Part shown: piece after piece, positions 1-14,100 of the stretch | How positions within the stretch are numbered: the first letter of the stretch is position 1 | How the letters are laid out: every line of letters begins with the position of its first letter | Origin: Podarcis gaigeae | Taxonomy: Eukaryota | Assembly (NCBI GenBank): GCA_964106915.2 | Contig: OZ066927.1 | Strand: one strand, 5' to 3' | Length of the DNA: 64,000 bases | Translations under genes and position numbers: made by a program | The notes under the pieces: generated by a model | Database searches by the model: none | What the model saw: only the letters and a program-made list of their open reading frames with translations | What the model was told of the DNA's origin: nothing

Positions 1-24
1 CCCTGTCCGTTCACGCCCTCTCCA
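1..24 (+). CDS. Possible 3' end of an upstream exon of the modular gene
   Basis: Consensus donor CCA|GTAAGT at 25. Phase-0 reading PCPFTPSP would join exon A1. Only 24 nt visible. Confidence 0.35.
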
Positions 25-517
25 GTAAGTATAATAATAATTTTTATTAGGCTACCCGAAGATACCCAGAGTCTCAGAAACCGAGACTCAGAGTCAGACG
101 GTCTTTGACTCAGGTAAGGTCTTTTGCATCATGGAGCAAACCCCATCTTAGGCAAGCAGATGGGATGGAATGGCATTTTAATTAATAGCTTCTAGAGCAA
201 CTGTTTTTTGGTGTGTGTGTGTGTGTGTGTTTTGCAAGGTCTTCTAGCAAATAGAACCTTATTGACCTGGTGGCTGGTGTCTTGGTGGCCAAGGGAATAG
301 TGGTCTGGTTTGATATACTTAACAGGCACCACGAGCTACACTAGGATAGGCCAATGTGATGCCCTCCAGATTTTGCTGGGTCACAACTTCTACCAGCCCA
401 AGCTATCACAGGGAACAGTGAGGAATCCTGGGAGTTCCTGGGCACATCTGAGGGGCACTGTGTTGGCTAACCCTGTGCAAAAGTTGTGCACGCTTTGGTG
501 AGTGCCACACTGTAGAG

Positions 518-655
518 CAGTGGTTCTCAATCTGTGGGTCCCCAGATGTTGTTGGACTATAACTCCCATCATCCCTGAGCTCTGGCCTTGCTAGCTAGGG
601 GTGGTGGGAGTTGTAGTTCAACAACATCTGGGGACCCACAGGTTGAGAAAGACCA
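518..655. mobile_element. Palindromic hAT-type MITE (ggactacaactcccatc family)
   Basis: Long internal inverted repeat flanked by CTGTAGAG on both sides. Further copies near 15190, 18060, 18450, 20010, 22540, 24500, 27550, 34860, 47590, 53530, 58610. Confidence 0.75.
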
Positions 656-1453
656 CTGTAGAGGAATTCGAAACACCTCATGCAAATTGGTTTGGCTGTA
701 ATGGCTTCCTCCAAAGGTCCCCTGGGAATGATCAATGAGCCATTGACCAGTTCCAGCAGGTTCATCTTATGCTCTTACTAGGGGCCGCACCCCTAGCTTT
801 CACCTTTAACCCCAGGTCTCTGCCTTCTCCCCCTCCTCTGGTGCAACTCTCTTGCACATAAACTACCCCACCATCGTCTGCTATTGCTTAAAATAGCCAT
901 TTCCCTCTGTGTCCCTCCCTGCTTTATTTAAACTTCTGCTGTTGTTTTAAACTGCCTCTTGTTGGTATTCCCTCTCTTCTCCTTCCTCTGCTATGGCCAG
1001 TGTTGTTGTGCAACCTGCCTTCACTTTTGCTTCCCTACCCCAGCTAGAATTCATGCAAATTGTGATGTGGCACTGCAAATCCTCTAATTTGAGCTGCATG
1101 ATGACAACCTTACATCTCTCTTTATATAGGGAGATCTCTAGGAAGGATGAGGAAAAAATCCTGAGTGCTACTGGAATTCAGTGTAGACAAAACTGAGCCA
1201 GTGGTCTGGCTTGATAAAAGGCAGCTTCATAGGTTCACTTAAGGGAAGGGGTGGAGCATGATTTTAAAAAGTACCCACCTTGCATGTGAAAGGTATTCAG
1301 TAGGTGCCAAAAAGACAACAGGGAGGTGCCTGTCTGGTATTCAAGGAAGGACCCCGAAATTTAAAGCAGTAACAAGACCTTCCCTGATCTCCGGCCCTCT
1401 TCTCTCAAAATCTTCCTGCCAAAGTTTGTAATCATCTTTCATTCCCATTTTAG

Positions 1454-1668
1454 CCCAGTTCTGTCAGCGTGTTCAATATCTCAATGGATGTGAAAATGGC
1501 CATGCTCACCCTGACGATGGAGCGCTTGAGCGTGGCGTTCTCAACCTTCACCAATGCTGATTTTCGGGTCTGGTTTGAGGATAGACTGGTGGTCGCCCTG
1601 TCCAGTGTGAATGCAGAGTTTCTTGGGAAAATCCCCAAAAGTATATCCTGCGAGGCATACAAGTCTGT
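1454..1668 (+). CDS. Modular gene exon A1
   Basis: tttag|CCC..GT|gtgagt; PSSVSVFNIS..WFEDRL..IPKSISCEAYKS; 215 nt, phase 0-2. Confidence 0.85.
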
Positions 1669-4600
1669 GTGAGTGTTGACCTGTTCTTTATTTTGGGGGG
1701 AGGTCCCCTCCAAACATATTTATTTATCCATGTTTTATACTGCTTACTGTGCTATAAGAAAACACCTCTGAGGGATTTACATAAAATCTGGACAGAGACA
1801 GCCTAACCTCTGTCATCTATGCTCTGGTAATCTCTAGGTTAGATTACTTCAACGTGTTAAATGTAGGTCTGCCTCTGGAGATGGTTCAGAAACTTCAGCT
1901 GGTGCAGGATTCAGCAGCGAGCTTGTTACTGGGGCAAGACAGTTTGAGCATATAACATGAATCCTGGTCCGACTGTACTGGCTGCCAAGTGCTTTTTTGG
2001 CTCAATTCAAAGTGCTAGTTTTCATCTATAAAGCCTTAAACAACTCAGGACTGCAGTACCTCAAGGACTGGTTTGCCCCATATGAACCAACCTGGACCCT
2101 GTGAATCATCATCTGAAGCCCTTCTTCATGTGCCTCTTCCACCAGAGGTCTGGAGGGTGGCAACACAAGAACTGGCCTTTTCTGCAGTGGCTGCTTGCTT
2201 CTGGAATGTTCTTTCCAGGAAGGCTCGCCTGGCACCTCAGTTACATATCTTGAGGCAGAAACATTCCTCTTTTCCCAGGCCTTTGTCTAATTAAACAACC
2301 TATGCCCTTTTAAAATGTGTGTGTGGAGGGGTATTGTTTTTGTTTGTTATTATGATATGTATTTATGTGTTTTTATATTGTAAACTTCCCTGAGATCTTT
2401 GGATGAAGGGCAGAATAGAAATTTAAACAACAACAACACAGCAGCAGTCAATGTGATTTCCTAAAAAAACCAGATTAAAACTTAGAGTTGTGTCCCACGT
2501 TAGGCCTATACTCACTAAAATTAATGCACGTTACTAAATTAGCAGCTAGGGTGGGGAACTTGGCTGCAAAGTCAATCCCTGTAGAAGGGTTCCCAGCATA
2601 GCTGTCAATGTTTCCCCTTTTTAAAGGAAAATTCCCTTATTCCGAATAGGATTCCTCGCAAGAAAAGGGAAAAGTTGACAGCTATGGTTCCCAGTCACAC
2701 TTGGTCCCACCAGGATTGAGGCGATGGAGATCTAGCTTGTCCCTAGACTAGCCAATGGAGAACTCCCAACATGCTCATCACTCTTCCCAGAATGAACTGG
2801 GGCAATGAAACTGGTTTAAAAGTGTATATTCTAACGGTGCCTTTTCCTTCTTATCCCAGGATTACTGGGATCAGCAGAGGCTTCTCTGAAATTCCACAGG
2901 AAAGGAAGAAGGATTGTGTCAACTACATTGTTTCTTTCCTAACCCAGAAGTCTCAGACCATTGGTAAAGAACTGGGTTTTAGGGCAGATCTGTCAGGAGG
3001 AAAATAGGAGGAGTGAACAAACAGTGGTTCTCAAACTTTTTTTATCTGGGCCACCCTTTCCAAATAAAAATTTGCTCGTGCCACACCAGAAATTGTTATT
3101 GATAATAACTACATTGGAAAACAAAAAGAAACGACTCCTAGCAGTGCTTGATTTATAACAATTACCTTATAACATGATCATAGGACATCCAGAAAGTATA
3201 AAACAATGCAGCTACATAAGATGAATCATTCCCAAAGTATAATTTTAAATGAGCCTCTTACATGTGTACACGAAGTATGTCTACAAACTCAGTAAGAGGT
3301 GTGAGCTTCCTTTTGCCAGGTAATTTGTGTTAGATCTAATCTGAGATAAACAAACTCTCTAGTCTCATCTCCTCATCAACACAAAGAAGCCTTTTTCTCT
3401 TCTGTTCTTTCGTATTTGTCAGAGTTGAAAATCCCTGTTCACAACATGGGGAACTGTAGAATAGCCAATGTTTGCACAGTGATTCTGGATGACAGCTAAG
3501 ATTGTCCTCAGTATCACTTGCTGCTCTTGCTCTCATTTTGAAAGGTTATCTATCCATATTCTGCAAATAAAACACTGTTTTTTTGATGCTGTACTACACT
3601 ACACTACACTGAAATGTTTAAATGTTTCCTGGATTGACTGTGAATCTTCATGCTGCTCTTCCGATCCTCTTGTGCCACACCAGTGTGGTGCGCCACGCTT
3701 TTTGAGAACCACTGAGCTAAAACAAAGGGGGTTACAGTGGTACCTCAGGTTACAAACACCACGAGTTACAAACACTTCGGGTTACAGACTCTGCTAACCC
3801 GGAAGTAGTACCTCAGGATGAGGAGAGAAATTGTGCCGTGGCAGCAGCAGGAGGCCCCATTAGCTAAAGTGGTACCTCAGGTTAAGAACAATTTCAGGTT
3901 AAGAACGAACCTCCGGAATGAACTAGTTACGTAACCAGAGGTACCACTGTATTTGGAATGCACAGGCCTTAGCTTTTCATTTATTCATTTCTATACTGCA
4001 AATGCATGTGTAAATATATTTATGCAGCATATAAAATCTAAAGTTAAAAATGAGAATTCAATTAAAGTCAAATACATAAAATGTTCAGGCTAACTTGCCA
4101 GAATTTAGTCCTGGAACCTATTTTTGATGCCAGTTATGTGGGCCTTTTGAATCCTGGAGAGGGGAATTACTGCTCTCTCTCCATCAGCAAAATGTCTCAG
4201 GCCGGCCCTGACATTCTCACACTGGGCAGATAAGTCATGACTTTTGCTTCCGTCTCTTCCTTCCAGGTCCTGCCTGCTTTGGCCAAACCACACCCAGAAA
4301 TTGGCTACTCACCTACTTTGGGCAATTCTATACAGAAGTACCATACGTTCAGCTGGTTTCATACTATCGCCAAACATTTGATGCTGTAAGTTAGTGCTTG
4401 CAAACCAGTGGGCATGTTTGAAATTTTGAGAAAGTGATGTGGGTGCTAGTCACAAAATGGCTGCCAAGTGGCATTGTGTGATGGGTGCAACATCTAAAAT
4501 CTGAAAATGCTCTCCCCCTTTTGGTGGAGGTGAGGGAAAGCACCTTTGTGAACCGGAGCTGTGCTAGCATTCACAGAAAGAAGCGCTTTGAACCTCTCTA

Positions 4601-7600
4601 CTTTTGGGAACAGATAGGAGGGAGAATGTCCAGTCCTGGCATTCAGCGACATGGGAGTATGTTCAAGGGGTGTATTCACTGTGGGAGATGCTGAGCCAGT
4701 GCAAGCAGGAAGTGAGCAGAAAGAGCAAACAGTCCCTTCTGACATTCTGACATTCTTATTTCCAGTACGCAGTATTGGATCTTTTAACTCCGATCCAGAT
4801 TGGAGACATGATTGTACATTCAAACACCCTGACCAGCATGGATTTGGCATTGCGCCTTGTCAACTTCTTCCAAGAAAGCAGTGTTGACTTTGTCCAGATG
4901 ATTCTGAAGCAATTCACCAGGGCTGCAATTCAGGTATTTCCCTTGAAACTCTTGTAGAATATTTGGAAGGGGTCCAAGGGTCATCGAGTCCAACCCCTTG
5001 CAAAGCAGGGAATGACAGCTGAAGTTATTGTGATTAATGTTAAATCTCTGTCCCACCATTCCTTCCAATGAATCCCAAGGCAGTAAACAGCAATGCTGTG
5101 GAGGGATTTGCAAGCGAGTGAGTGAGGTGTAGAGGGAGGGGGGGGGGTCAGGGGTGGCGGCCAGGCAAACAGGTAGCCAGGGTTGGCAAGGGGAATGAGC
5201 AGAAGCGATAGCCCCTAGTACTATAAAATTGCCAAGTGATGCTGTTGCCTTGGGTTCTGACCGTTAACTCACTAACTCTAGCAAAACAATCAACTCTTAA
5301 AAACACATGGGAACATAGTTATACAGTTAAGTTTAAATTAGGTATCCTGTCTACAATTAGGGACATTGGAAAAATATATACAGTGGTACCTTGGTTCTCA
5401 AATGCCTTGGTACTCAAACAACTTGGAACCCAAACACTGCAAACTCGGAAGTAAGTGTTCCAGTTTGCGAACTTTTTTTGGAAGCTGAACATGCTCCGTT
5501 TTGAGTGCGACACTTTCGTTTTGAGTGTTGCGCTGAGGTCTTTTTTTGTTATTTATTTTGCGTTTTTGTGGCTCTTTTTTTCTGTGACTGTGTAGAACCC
5601 ATTTCAGCTACTGATTGATTGATTGTGTGTGTGACTGCAGTACATTGTTCATTTCTTTCATTTTATAGATCAGTGGTCTCGTTAGATAGTAAAATTCATG
5701 TTAAAATTGTTGATTTAGGGACTGTTTTTAAAAGTCTGGAACGGGTTATTCCGTTTTGCATTACTTTCTATGGGAAAGCGTGTCTTGGTTTTGGAATGCT
5801 TTTGGTTTTGGAACGGACTTCCGGAATGGTTTAAGTCTGAGAACTAAGGTACCACTGTATAGAGGATTCTGTGCTTTTCATTTAGAAACTGATTCCTTGG
5901 AGGTGTCTTTGTTTAATCTTTCTGCAGCACAAGATGACGGTTCTCCCAAACACCGAAGTTGCGCAGTTGCTCTTGACAAATTACCTGACCCTCGCGTCTT
6001 CTCAAATGGAAACCTACACAGCAGCAGACTGGAACGCCACTTTTCAGGGGGAACTGCGCTTCCTCTGCTCTGTGGTCAACTCAACAACCCTTGCTTACTT
6101 CGCCCCCCAAAACTACAACTCCTTTACCGCCATGTAAGTCTCGACATGGGTTCACTGGGCGCTAGAGGATGAGGGAGGGATTTTGTTTGGTCCATTTCTC
6201 GCTGTGGGCTGAGCCATTTCCAATGCTCATAGAATCTCATAGAAGAATCTTATAGAATATCCTAGAACTCTAGAGCTGGAATCCTGCCCACAGCCGTCAC
6301 GGGTTATCATTTATTATTCCTATGATCCCTGTTTATAAAGCCCAATAAAAAGTTATTGAAATAAAAATTAATTTAAAAAGGAAGGAAAGGAAGGTATTGC
6401 AGATGTGCCAGTGTTATCCACCATGGTTTAATGTTATTAAACCATGGTTTAATGTGATGAGCACAAAGTGGAATATAGCTTGGCAAGCGATAGGTTTGTG
6501 GACTCAGGCCTCCTCTTCCCCACGTGGCTAAGAGGAGGTGTTTGGAAATTTTTATTTGCAGTTTTGTTTAGTACAGCTTGTTTCATCCAAACTGACTAAC
6601 TGGTTAATAGCGATGGTTTATTTGAAGCAAGTTAACTTGAAGCCATGGTTGAAGTTCCCCTTGACTCCAGTGGGAACTTTCCCCCTAATTCAAAGAGCAG
6701 ATACAACCTGCAGATCAGAAGCATAGCAGGAATTTTGTCGCATTAGATAGCTCCTATCTCCTAGACGTGTGCGCAGATTGGAACATGACTCCCAGCGAAA
6801 AAAGAGGCACTTCTCTGGATTTTGCAATGTGGGAAAAATTGTGCATGGAAAAGCATGTGTTTTATGTGAATGATAGGTACAAAATGTACATTTTACTGGT
6901 GAATGCTTTCAAAAGCATTGAAATGTGTGTATATTATGAAAATGGCATGCATAAAAACATACAAAATGCATTTTAAAATGAAATGGGAAGAAATGGCTTA
7001 GAGGGGGCAGAACAGGATGACATCACACAGAAGGGGGATGGAATGAGATGGAACAGCTGGTCATACTCTTGAGGCATATACCATGTGCAACCGGATAAGT
7101 GTGCCCCAGAATCCCTTGCAACATTCCACAGGATGGCAAGCTCTTAGCAATTGTATATGTGTGCCTGTGTGTTGTTTCATCATCTTTGCTATTTGTGTCA
7201 TGACAGTGTTGCTGGGCTTAGTGGAGCACATTCCCAAATGGCAGAACCCTTCAGGAGAGCTGTCGTACTGTGGATCATCCAGAACCTCAAAGACCTAAAA
7301 GGTAACATGACCAAAGAAGCCATGGGGAACATGTAGAGCAATCCCAGAGCCCCAGCTACTTAAAATGTCCCCTGACAAATATCAGCGGCTTCTAGTATAA
7401 TGAAAGGCTCAAATATTTCCTGTGTGCTCTTATTACCCATTCAGAAAAGCCCAGTGAACCATTTTCTGAGTGGATCAAGTTTGCCTGGGGCTCGTTCTTC
7501 AAAGACGCCACCTTGGGAGAAGTGGAATCCATCAAGGAAGACTTCGATCCTGTAGGTTTGCTTTCTTGATGACCAGCAAATTTTGAAAAATGAAGTTGTT

Positions 7601-10600
7601 GCCAAGAAGGCAAGACTCAGGGGCATGTGGGTGCAGAGCAAAAAACTGAGCATTCAGACAGCGACCCCGGGGGCAAAGTTTCATGGAAGGGGCAGCCCCC
7701 TACTTGTAACAAAGCAATAAAACAGCTGTTCTTTGCAAGGAAGGGGGGAATGTGATGGTGCATAAAAATTAATACTATGTTGCATAGTATTAATGATGAA
7801 GATGACAATTCTTCTTTTCTTGTATATGTTCCTTATTGTATATGCTGCTTATCTGAGAGGTTTACAAAATAGAAAACAAATTTGTACCCCAAATTGTGTC
7901 CCAGTAGCCTGAGCTGTTCCCCCACCAAAATATATTACAAAACTAATATTAATTAAATAAATATAAATTAACCCCTTCCCTTTTTGACCAGTATTTTAGG
8001 ATTCAGATTATATTTGTCTAAAGCAAAATAAATTCTACAAACAGGATTATAAATCTTAAGTTTATATTTGATCTATTACTCCCTCTTTACAGCATTCATT
8101 GTTTTTATAGCCTATAATTAAAGCAACCCCCCCACCATCAATTAGTCCCACATTTAGTTTTTCTTAATTCATCTAACCCTTCTTCAATTGATCCTATTTT
8201 CCCTTGAAAAGACTGAACCATTTCATATGTCAATTTATCTGTATGGAAAGCTGATAGATATATTACATCAGATTGTTTGCCCATCTCGCTCAGTATTGTC
8301 TACTCTGATTGGCAGCAGCTCTCTAGGGTCTCAGATTGATGTCTTTCCCATCATTTCCTACTGAGTTTATTTTTAATGGGGGGATGCCGAGGATTGCACA
8401 AAAATTGGCCATCCCTTACTGATATATCAACATAAATTGTATGTTATCCCTATCTATTTTTGTAATTGAGTGAAAAACTATGATTGAGAAGTGTCTATGT
8501 TTTCTAGTTTGCTGTCTTGAACACCTTGAGCACTGAACAGCTGGTAGACGTCATTGCGACCTCGGACGCTCTGGTCAATGTGACAACCCTGAGGCAGGTT
8601 CTGTTGAGCCTAGAGACTGGCCGCTCTGAAATCCCACTTGCAAAGATGGATGTGTTCTTGACAAGGCTCAATTTCATCCTTGAACAGGTAAGTTCCAAAG
8701 AAACAATCAACTTCCAGCCCCTTCAGTGCAAAGCAAACATCCAGGAAGCTTCAGTGGAAACAAGAAGAATTTTTATCGGATCAACAACATTTCTTGGGGT
8801 GGTGTTGGTAATATTTTTGCTCTGCAGATGCCCTCCCATCTGGTGTGTAGATTTGCAATGGCCTAAATCACCCTTTTCCTTCAGAACCTTTCCTCCCCTT
8901 TTTGCAGAAGAACATCCCGGGTATCAGAAATGCCGAGGTGAGGTTGGAACTGCTCAGCACCGTTTTCAGAAACCTGGCCCGCTATTTCCGTAAATTCACT
9001 GCTTTGGACTACCAGAACTGGTTCACCAAGAAGCTGAAACTCCTTTTGCCCAGCATCAATGTGAACCTGCTCCAGATGATTCCTCTCGATGTCAGCTTTG
9101 CCTCCTTTCGCGCCATGTAGGTGTCACCTTTCATTACTTGTCCCATCAATTGCAAGTAGCCCCTTTTGATCAATCAGATTCAGATTTCGTTGGTCAATCT
9201 GCTTCTCACACAATGTTAGAATCTGAGTAGAGTCGAATAGTAGAAACTGGATGTTGGACGATTCAGGACAGACTAAAGAAAACAATTCTTAACACAGTGC
9301 ATACATAAACTATGGAACTCACTCCTGCAAGCAGGCCCAGATTAAGGTGGTTGCCAGAATACGACCCCCCCCAATTCTTCCCCAAAAGGAATGCATTAAA
9401 TAAGGTGCCAGAAAATATGTCACAAAGTCTAACAAATTATTGCATAAGACTAAAATAAAAAAATACTCTGAACACATGCAATTTCACAACTGTCAGAAAA
9501 GCACAAACAAACAAAAAAATTATTTCACCAGACTTAATAAACACACAAAAAGCATGTGCGTTTTCATATTTAAAACTCACTTCCCATTGCTTTTGCTCAC
9601 TTCCTAATGGGTCAGTGATCAACTCTTAGTCTAACTTACTTCACATGGTTGTTGAGAAGATATAGTGCCTTCTATTACCTATTTACGGCAGATAGCTTTA
9701 GCTCTTTAAACTCCAGCTGTCTAGTATTTACTTCTTTTCATTTCTCTCCTGTTCATTTGCAGATTTGGAGGTTTTGATCAGGTCTTCCCAGAGTTACCCG
9801 AGGAGGCATCCATCCAGATCTACAATTTGATGAAGAGAATAATGCAATTCCAAATCAATGCCTCAGGTAACTGCTTCATGGAATTTAGGGGTGGCAGTGC
9901 CTGCTGTGTCTTGGCTGGCTTGGGATGGGGTGAAAGGTAAATTGTTCATGCATGTTGAAGGTGTTGCTCTGGCAGATGAGTGGTCTGTTAAGTGTGGTTA
10001 AGACTATCTGTATAAAGGAATATTTCTGTGTTTTCATTTTGCAAATTTCTGATTTTTAGGGACAGTATTCCCTGGTGCTTACAGCAACAGCCAGAGCTTC
10101 CTGCAACTCCTCTTTTACAGATTTGTGCGTTTTGTGCCTTACGCTGAATTAGCCATCTTATATCCGAATTTTAACGGGGTAAGTGAATATTCAGGATGAA
10201 TTTGCATATTCCCAGAAATGAATTGCTGCTTGATGGTTAAATCAGATAGATAGGTTGTGTTCTAAAAACTCCATTTTCCTTCATTCTTAAAAATAGGTGT
10301 TTGTTTTTTTTTAAAAAATGGTTGATTGGTTTCACTTGACTTTCTTGTAGTTCATGACGATAGCGTTCATGGCACTAAGCTAGAATTAGGTTTCTTTATA
10401 AAAATGCCGACTGAAGAATATGCCTGTCCTTGCTCAACCAAAGCTAAATTTCTTGGATGTCTGCTGAATCTGTTTCTCCATGAATTTTCTCCCTGCCAGT
10501 TTGAAGCCCTCTCTGCCCTGACTCCAAAGCAAATGGGCGCCATGATGGTTTTTACAAACGCATTCAGAAATGAGCGCCTTGCTGTCCAGATCTTGGCAGA

Positions 10601-11142
10601 ATTAGAGAAGCGCCCCCCTGAGGAAATGAGGGACTTCACATCTGAGTTCAATGCTGCGGTAAACCAGGTAATTGTGCTGCGCTCTCACCTGGACAGGAAA
10701 GTATCATTTTCTAACTTGCATCAAATCTTTTCTCCTCTCCCTCCCCCAATCATTTTGCACAGTCAACACTGAACAATTGCACTTTCCACAAAATTCATTC
10801 TCCCTGCACTCTTGAACTTGAGGAAGGTTGTAGCTTTGTGGCAGAAGATATGTGCAATGAGTCATGCGGCCTTTCCCTGGCTGGGAACGGAGAAGATTGT
10901 GGGGTTATTGTGGCAAAATTTGGGGTTGTATACCAGCATACAGTTCTTTGCTGCCGTTTTCATGGGGGGAAACATAGTGGTACAGCAGCGAAAAAGCCAC
11001 ACTGTTCCATAACACAACAGTCACTGCAGTGTGAAGGAATGTTAGAAAGCAGGACAGAAGCAGTGACAAGTGTAATCAAGAAAACTAGAACATTTTCCCC
11101 ATGTTTGAATGCACTCTCAGCATAGACAAGATGGCCTAATGG

Positions 11143-11194
<52 letters not shown>

Positions 11195-14100
11195 ATTCAG
11201 TTTTAAGTTGTACAATTAAATTCAAACAACAGTCATAATCATCAACATTTAGGATTCATTGAATCCTTAGACTCCCTCCCCCTTCCATGGTTTCCATTGT
11301 CAAACTTCATCTACCGCATCATATAATTTCCCATATTTCTTAACTCAATCCATTTTTATCTTAGTTTTTAGTACATTACAAGTGTTCCTAAAATCCCGCC
11401 TAAGTTTTTAGTTGTTTACAGTAAATTTATAAATTTTCCCCATTCCTTATTAAATTCTCCTTCTTCCTGGTTTCTGATCTTCCTGGTCATTTTCGCCATT
11501 TCAGCGTAGTCTGCCATCTTTATCAACCATTCGTCTCTGGTCAGGACTTTATCTTCTTTCCAACTCTGACTCAGTGTCAGACTGCTTCCTGTGTTCCTCT
11601 GTCTCCCCTAAGCTTGTGCCCTTCAAAAGTTCTGGATGATGAATTTCCTCAGTCTTGGCCATCATTGGAGGGACCGGTTTGGGGGAGATCGCACTATGCT
11701 TAGAATTCATCCCATTGTATTTATCCATGAGCTCGTTTTACAGGCAGACAGTTTCATAAAGAGTTCCACTGCAAACTCTCACTGAAAACCTAGAATCTCC
11801 TCACATCTAGATTTGGATTTTGCTGGACAAACCATCACCTGCTAATCTTGCATGTGCCTGGAACACCACCTGTCCATTTCCCTTGCAGAGACAGCTGTTC
11901 GTCCTCCCAGACCTCCGGATCCGTAACTTGATCTTTGAGATGGTCTTCAAGACTCTCAAGTTCAGCACCTTTTCTGCAGATCAATACTCATTCTGGTTTG
12001 GCACTCAGCTCCAGTTCCTCCTGCCATCTCTCAAACCAAAGGACCTGCTGCTGATTCCCCTTGATATTGACTGCCAGTCTCACCAAAATTTGTAAGTCTG
12101 GGTAAACACCCTTGTCTTTTTAGCCTTATCACGGTAGGGACAGTGGAGAAATTGGATTCAGTTCTCATTTAAAGATATTTTAAATTTTCACTGTCTGAAA
12201 CAATGCAAAGCACAGCTGTCCTTTGAAATTTACACTTCTCTGAATTTTGTGGTGCCATTCTCTAGCTAGGTAATGTGTACAAAGAATGCCTATACTAGGG
12301 TAAAGTGTGCATTTCAGAATGCATGTATTAGTGAAGCCAGATGCAAAAATTCCTTTTATTTGGCATAACTGTTTTGCAAAAAATGTGTCTGTTGGGCAAA
12401 ACAGCATGCAGAAAATGTATGTTGGAGAAATTTGCACTAAAATACTGATGATTTTCACGAGGGCCTCTTTAAAAATAGAAAGAAATTGCAAATGATGTGG
12501 CAATGGAATTTAAGAATTGGAAAAAATGAGAAACGAAGAGTCATCGATCCCTACATCCAGATGGTGCTTGATAGCTTGGTCCACCTTAATGTCCCATCCT
12601 GTTTGTCTTTCCTTCCATCGTTCACCTCTGACCTGGTAATGCCTCTCTTTCTAAAAGGGCATGAACTACGCTGGAGTTTTGGGACCCCATTTGATACAAG
12701 CCCTTCACTATCTTTGTCTTCCTCAGGGTGCAAGCGATGGACAAGGTGTTCGATCGTTTCACGGAGGGGCAGAAGAAGGCCATTCATGCGAGGATATTCA
12801 GCTACCTGGAATCTTATCAGGCAGATCAAGGTATCAGAAGACGGGCTCTTTGTTTTTGGAACTTAAGAACATGACCCCAACCGAGCGGCTTACTGGATTA
12901 GACCAGTAGTTCCCAAACTTTTTTGGGCCACTGCCTCCTTGGTTCCATAATCTCATCCCCAGTGCCTTCTACCCTACCCTATAAAAGGCATTATTCAGAA
13001 TAGTAGTTTGCGTGACCCACTAAAGAAGATAATAACACAATGAAATTCAAAACACTAACAGTTAATTGCACAATTATTCGAATGAAAACTATTTAATTTA
13101 ATTCATTCAACAAAACAGATGAACTTGTGAACCCAGCTTTTCAAAGTCTGATACCCATTTACATCTCCAGCGCCCCCTGCTGTCTCCTTGCCTCTTAGCA
13201 CCCCACTAGGTAACCCCACCACCCCACAAGGGGCAGTACCACCCACTTGGTTAAACGCTGGATTAAACCAAAGCCTCATCTTGCTCTATGGAATTCAATA
13301 TAATACAGGAAATAAGAAACAAGAAGAAGCAATAAAAATATAATTAAAAACTGTACCGCATCTAGCACAGCACATTACTACTGATACTACAGGCAGAGAA
13401 ATAAAGAAGCAATCCATGGCAGAAAAAGTTGGGAGCCACTGTTCCAGCTCAAGAACTAAAATTCTTTGCAGGGTGCTGCCCCCACCCCAAACTGCATGCA
13501 GCTTCACTCAGAAGGTCCTCATTCCTCTGCTTTTCTAGGATAATTCAGGTTTGCTTGCCCAGTGATCAAAACTCTTTCTTCTCTTGCAGGGGTCACATGC
13601 TCTCCCAACACCAACAGCAGCCAATGGATCCTCAGCAACTATGGCCAGTTCAGTGCCTTTGCCAGCATCGCGGAGTTTTTGGCAGTGAATGTGAACTTCA
13701 ATGGGGTAAGGGAACCTTTGCCAGGAGGGGTTGTGCTGGGGGAAGAGGCAGATTGTAAGCCCTTGAAGTGGGGGCAAATTGGAGAGACCGGTCCTTGGAG
13801 AGCGGCGCAACTTGACCATAGCATGATGCCTAGGTTCTAAACTCCACTGTCAGAGGTAGCATGTCTCTGGGTTCTAGTCACTGGGAATCTCAGGTGGGGA
13901 GAGTGCTCAGGTCCTGCTTCCCATTGGGATGTTTAGTTGGCCATAGGGGATGCTGGTCTAGGCAGGCCTTTAGTCTGATCCAGAAGGCTCTTCTTATATG
14001 CTTATGATGTTGGGCTAGAGACCCAGCCTGGAGAGCCACAGATTCCCAGGTACACAACATTCTGTTGTGTACCAAGTCTTTTTTAAACATGGGTGGCGCT

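Noticed and set aside
518-655. miRNA or structured ncRNA hairpins (also 19842-19977, 24500-24630)
   Set aside because: Multi-copy palindromic MITEs, some with 8-bp TSDs.
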